In this document: positions 60,325 to 64,000 of the stretch, piece after piece
Layout of the letters: every line of letters starts with the position of its first letter
How positions within the stretch are numbered: the first letter of the stretch is position 1
From: Eledone cirrhosa
Lineage: Eukaryota
Assembly: GCA_964016885.1 (NCBI GenBank)
Contig: OZ024741.1
Span: forward strand, 31,806,001 to 31,870,000
Reading direction: 5' to 3'
DNA: 64,000 nucleotides
The notes under the pieces: generated by a model
Databases searched by the model: none
What the model was told of the DNA's origin: nothing
What the model saw: only the letters and a program-made list of their open reading frames with translations
Made by a program: the position numbers and the translations under genes

Positions 60325-61080
60325 TTAAAATAAACATATGAAACAATCACAGGGGATAATTTGTAAAGTATGTAAGGACACACAGCTAAGTAGGTAACTA
60401 ATTAAACTTTAACTAGAACTTCAAATATAGATACCTTTTAAAATGATTAATCTTCTACACTTTACAAATTATTCCCTGTGATTATTTCATATGTATATTT
60501 TAGATATGTATATATGTCAATCAATTTCTAGTTGATATAAAATGCTCAGATCTATTTATTGGAATCTTTGTGCATATTCTACGTTGGATATGGCCCATGT
60601 CTCTAGGACATGACACCCTTAATTTAATTTTTGATATATATATACGGCGCCTTAATTGTAGAGCTAACTCAGTTGAAAGGACTCGGCTGCTATTTGTAGC
60701 TGTCGACCATCCTATTCACGCCACTGGGATGAAGCTGGTGCGATGTATGTATTTTTAAGAAAATGCAGCAGGTGGTACGAGTCATTCGCAGATTTGCATT
60801 TGCTGTGTAAACACAGATAGCTAAATCTTCTCCCTTGTTGAAAATCCGTAATTTGTCTACTCTGATTTACCGATTGATGGTGAAACATATTTCTTTAATG
60901 AAATATATACAAGGAAGATTAATCATTTTAAAAGGTATATATATTTAAAGTTCTAGTTAAACGTTAATCTGTTACCTGCCTAGCTATGTGTGCTTACACA
61001 TTTTACAAGTTATGCCCTGTTATTGTTTCATATGTATATTTTAGATATATATATATATCAATCAATTTCTAGTTGATACA
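60180..61080. repeat. Nested diverged inverted/direct repeats
   Basis: 60180-60378 is inverted relative to 60456-60630; 60325-60452 is inverted relative to 60918-61045. Confidence 0.75.
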
Positions 61081-61097
61081 TGTATATATATATATAA

Positions 61098-61130
<33 letters not shown>

Positions 61131-61279
61131 TGTATGTATGTATGTATGTATGTATGTATGTATGTACAACAGCGGCATCAAAACATAAAAAAAGGAAGGG
61201 AAAAGAAAAAAGAAAAGGGAAGGGGAAAAAAAAAAGGAGGAAAAAAAAGAAAGGAAAAAAAAAAAAAACTCAAAATAAC

Positions 61280-61332
<53 letters not shown>

Positions 61333-61417
61333 CAGAACAACAACATCAACTGCCACCACCACCACCACCGCCACTGCCGTCGCCATCACCATCACCAGCG
61401 ACCTTAAGAACAACTTT

Positions 61418-61523
61418 AATAATAATTTTTCTGCTTTTGGCACGGATCCAGCGACTGGCCAGCGCATCACTGGTACTCTCTTTTGTTGACTCCGTGGAGA
61501 GCCATAACTCTATGCTGTAAAGC
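61418..61523 (-). mobile_element. Degenerate SINE
   Basis: CTTTTGGCAC..CACTGGTACT..TAACTCTATGCTG match the SINE reverse complement. Confidence 0.6.
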
Positions 61524-61793
61524 AATTATAGTAATACTGGACTGTAATACGATCGGCTTCAACTATACAAACTCTTGAATGTCAACAGTTGACATAATCT
61601 GGTAATCTTGTATCAGTAATGACGGTAATATATATATATATATGTGTGTGTGTGCGTGTAAGTGAGTAGAGTAGCGTGTGTGTGTGTTTGTTGTGTGTGT
61701 GAGTGTTGCTGTGTGCACGCATATGTATGCGTGTGTGTGTATGTCGTACGTATAAGTGTCAATAAGTAATTTTTTTTTTTTTTTTTTTTTTTT

Positions 61794-62096
61794 GCGCGGG
61801 GACATAGAAATAATCGGGCTGGATGCCCGATCGCGCAGTTAAACCACTGGGAGTGAAGAACCCCTAGCCCATGTCAGGGTATTCTTCTAGGAGAAGGCAT
61901 CTCAGGAAACTGGGTTAACTCCGATATAAAACCTGCGGCTCAGTAGTTACCGATGATGTTGATCTTTTCTTCTTTTCGGGTTATAGCTACTGTCGCTCAG
62001 AGAGTGGGATTGGTTCAGTGCACAGTCTTTCCTCACTTTAAAAATATTCGTCACGCACAGGCATTGCACGAGTGCATTAATAATTATTAATAGTGT

Positions 62097-62131
<35 letters not shown>

Positions 62132-62149
62132 TATTATTACTTTTTTTTT

Positions 62150-62194
<45 letters not shown>

Positions 62195-64000
62195 CCAATT
62201 CAATGATGTTCCAGAACAATGTAAACGAGATAATTGCCAATTTGGGTTCTGGAACAAAAAAGATCATTGGCAATAAGGGCAGGGGCCCCAAGTTATCACA
62301 ACCTGGGCCCGCCCGTCATCGTGCCATTGTAATAGAGCCAAACAGGGCATTTAGTCTTGGCTGCTGGAACGTACGGACGCTGCTTGACAGGGATTCTTTG
62401 GAGCGTCCTGAACGAAGGACCGCTCTTGTTGCGAAGGAGCTTCGACGTTACGATCTTGACATCGTGGCTTTGTCTGAGACGAGGTTAGCTGGAGATGGTC
62501 ATCTTACGGAATTTTGTGGAGAATATACATTCTTCTGGAAAGGAAGAGATGAAGGAACCAGAAGAGAGGCTGGGGTAGGATTTGCTGTTAAGACTGTACT
62601 GGTGAATAAATTAGAAGAATTCCCAGTGGGGATTAGTGAGCGTCTTATGTCCATGAGAGTTCCGCTGGACAAGGGAAGATATGCTACCCTGGTGAGTGTG
62701 TATGCTCCAACTATGAATTCTGTCGATGAAGAAAAACTGTCCTTTTACCATGCCTTGAAAGGTGTTTTAAGAAATATCCCTCAGGCAGACAAAGTCATCG
62801 TGCTTGGTGACTTTAATGCTAGAGTGGGTAGGGATTTTAACACATGGAATGTAATCGGAAGGCATGGGGTGGGAAAGTGTAACAGCAATGGTATGCTCTT
62901 GCTGCAGATGTGTGAGGAGCTGGATCTGTGTGTTACCAACACCATGTTCCAACAAAAGAACAAATTCAAGACCACATGGATGCATCCTGCATCTAAGGAA
63001 TGGCATCTTTTGGACTACGTCCTAGTCAGGATGCGTGACAGACAGGATGTGCGGTGTGTTCGTGTTCTTCGTGGAGCTGAGTGCTGGACGGACCACCGCC
63101 TGGTACGCGCAAAAGTGAATCTAATCACCAAACGTAAAATCCGGGCTCCTGGTGTTACCCTGCCCAAAAGATTGAATGCTGCTCGTCTTAAGGATAAAAA
63201 TGTGAAGAGGACATTGGAAGAAGAGATGCAGGCTGCAGATCTTGGTGAGGATTGGCCGACCCTTAAAAAGTCGGTTTATGATGTAGGCAGACGTGTTCTG
63301 GGATTGGTGCAGAGAAAACATCAGGACTGGTTTAATGAGAAAGATGTGCATATAGATGACTTGTTGGCTGATAAGAGGCGCGCTCTGTCACGCTACTTGA
63401 CGGCAAAACCACAGGAGAGGAATACGTTGCATGAGGAGCTCAGGGATGTAAAATCACGTGTTAGGCGGAGTCTTTCTCAGATGAAGGATCAGTGGTGGAG
63501 TGAGAAGGCTGGTGAGATACAAACTGCGTCTGATTGCAATAACACAAAGCTGTTGTACAGTCTCTTGCGTGAGGTTTATGGACCGTCTTCTTCTCTGGTG
63601 ACACCGATTCGCAGCAGGGATGGCAAAGAACTTCTTCGTGACTCACAGGGAATTCTACGAAGGTGGCGAGAGCACTTTGATGATCTTTTGAATCAGCCGT
63701 CTGTCGTCAGTGAAGATTTCCTCAATCTCATTCCGGAAAGTCCTGTGAAAGTAGCTCTCGCAGAACCTCCGACACTTGTGGAGGTTGCAGTGGCTATTTC
63801 GAAGCTGAACAGTGGAAGATCTCCAGGTATGGATGGCATACATGCTGAGCTCCTACAATATGAGCTGTTGGAAGGATATGGGCTAATGAATCCGTGCCTG
63901 AGGACTGGAGACATGCAGTAATGGTGGTCTTGTACAAGGGAAAGGGTAACAGGAATGATTGTGGGAACTACAGAGGTATATCATTGCTTTCTGTCGTGGG
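61794..64000 (+). mobile_element. RTE/BovB-like LINE (5' UTR + ORF), runs off the window
   Basis: Structured 5' region followed by APE and the start of RT; poly-T/(TTA)n block at ~62090-62195. Confidence 0.85.
62203..63921 (+). CDS. RTE APE endonuclease + linker, frameshifted at ~63870 before the RT
   Basis: WNVRTLLD, RRTALVAKEL, ALSETR, GVGF, SVYAPT, LGDFNARVG, TWMHP..WHLLDY, TDH; LYKGKG..CGNYRGISLL continues in another frame; true start uncertain. Confidence 0.9.
   Translation: MMFQNNVNEIIANLGSGTKKIIGNKGRGPKLSQPGPARHRAIVIEPNRAFSLGCWNVRTLLDRDSLERPERRTALVAKELRRYDLDIVALSETRLAGDGHLTEFCGEYTFFWKGRDEGTRREAGVGFAVKTVLVNKLEEFPVGISERLMSMRVPLDKGRYATLVSVYAPTMNSVDEEKLSFYHALKGVLRNIPQADKVIVLGDFNARVGRDFNTWNVIGRHGVGKCNSNGMLLLQMCEELDLCVTNTMFQQKNKFKTTWMHPASKEWHLLDYVLVRMRDRQDVRCVRVLRGAECWTDHRLVRAKVNLITKRKIRAPGVTLPKRLNAARLKDKNVKRTLEEEMQAADLGEDWPTLKKSVYDVGRRVLGLVQRKHQDWFNEKDVHIDDLLADKRRALSRYLTAKPQERNTLHEELRDVKSRVRRSLSQMKDQWWSEKAGEIQTASDCNNTKLLYSLLREVYGPSSSLVTPIRSRDGKELLRDSQGILRRWREHFDDLLNQPSVVSEDFLNLIPESPVKVALAEPPTLVEVAVAISKLNSGRSPGMDGIHAELLQYELLEGYGLMNPCLRTGDMQ

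Overview
AT-rich, repeat-saturated eukaryotic DNA with no recognisable host protein-coding gene. The SINE, RTE, Penelope and microsatellite content suggests a cephalopod (octopus-like) genome; this is inference. Bases 1-14.6k are two abutting tandem arrays: a 21-bp AAC-rich unit with a 2691-bp internal duplication, and a 42-bp unit with a ~597-bp higher-order repeat. The rest is retroelements inserted in (TA)n/(CA)n microsatellites: two RTE LINEs (one with a PHD finger inside the RT), a CR1-like LINE, L1/Tx1 and CRE relics, two Penelope-like elements (PLEs) with inverted pseudo-LTRs, many tRNA-SINEs, a Tc1/mariner relic, a non-autonomous Helitron and a decapitated tRNA-Cys. The main hidden signal is about 15 near-canonical and several decayed minimal type-I hammerhead ribozymes from about 9 sequence families. 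Almost all have a self-complementary stem III. They sit in PLE pLTRs, ORF-less fold-backs or tandem retrozyme-like units, and several inversion breakpoints fall at the ribozyme core. All calls were made by eye.
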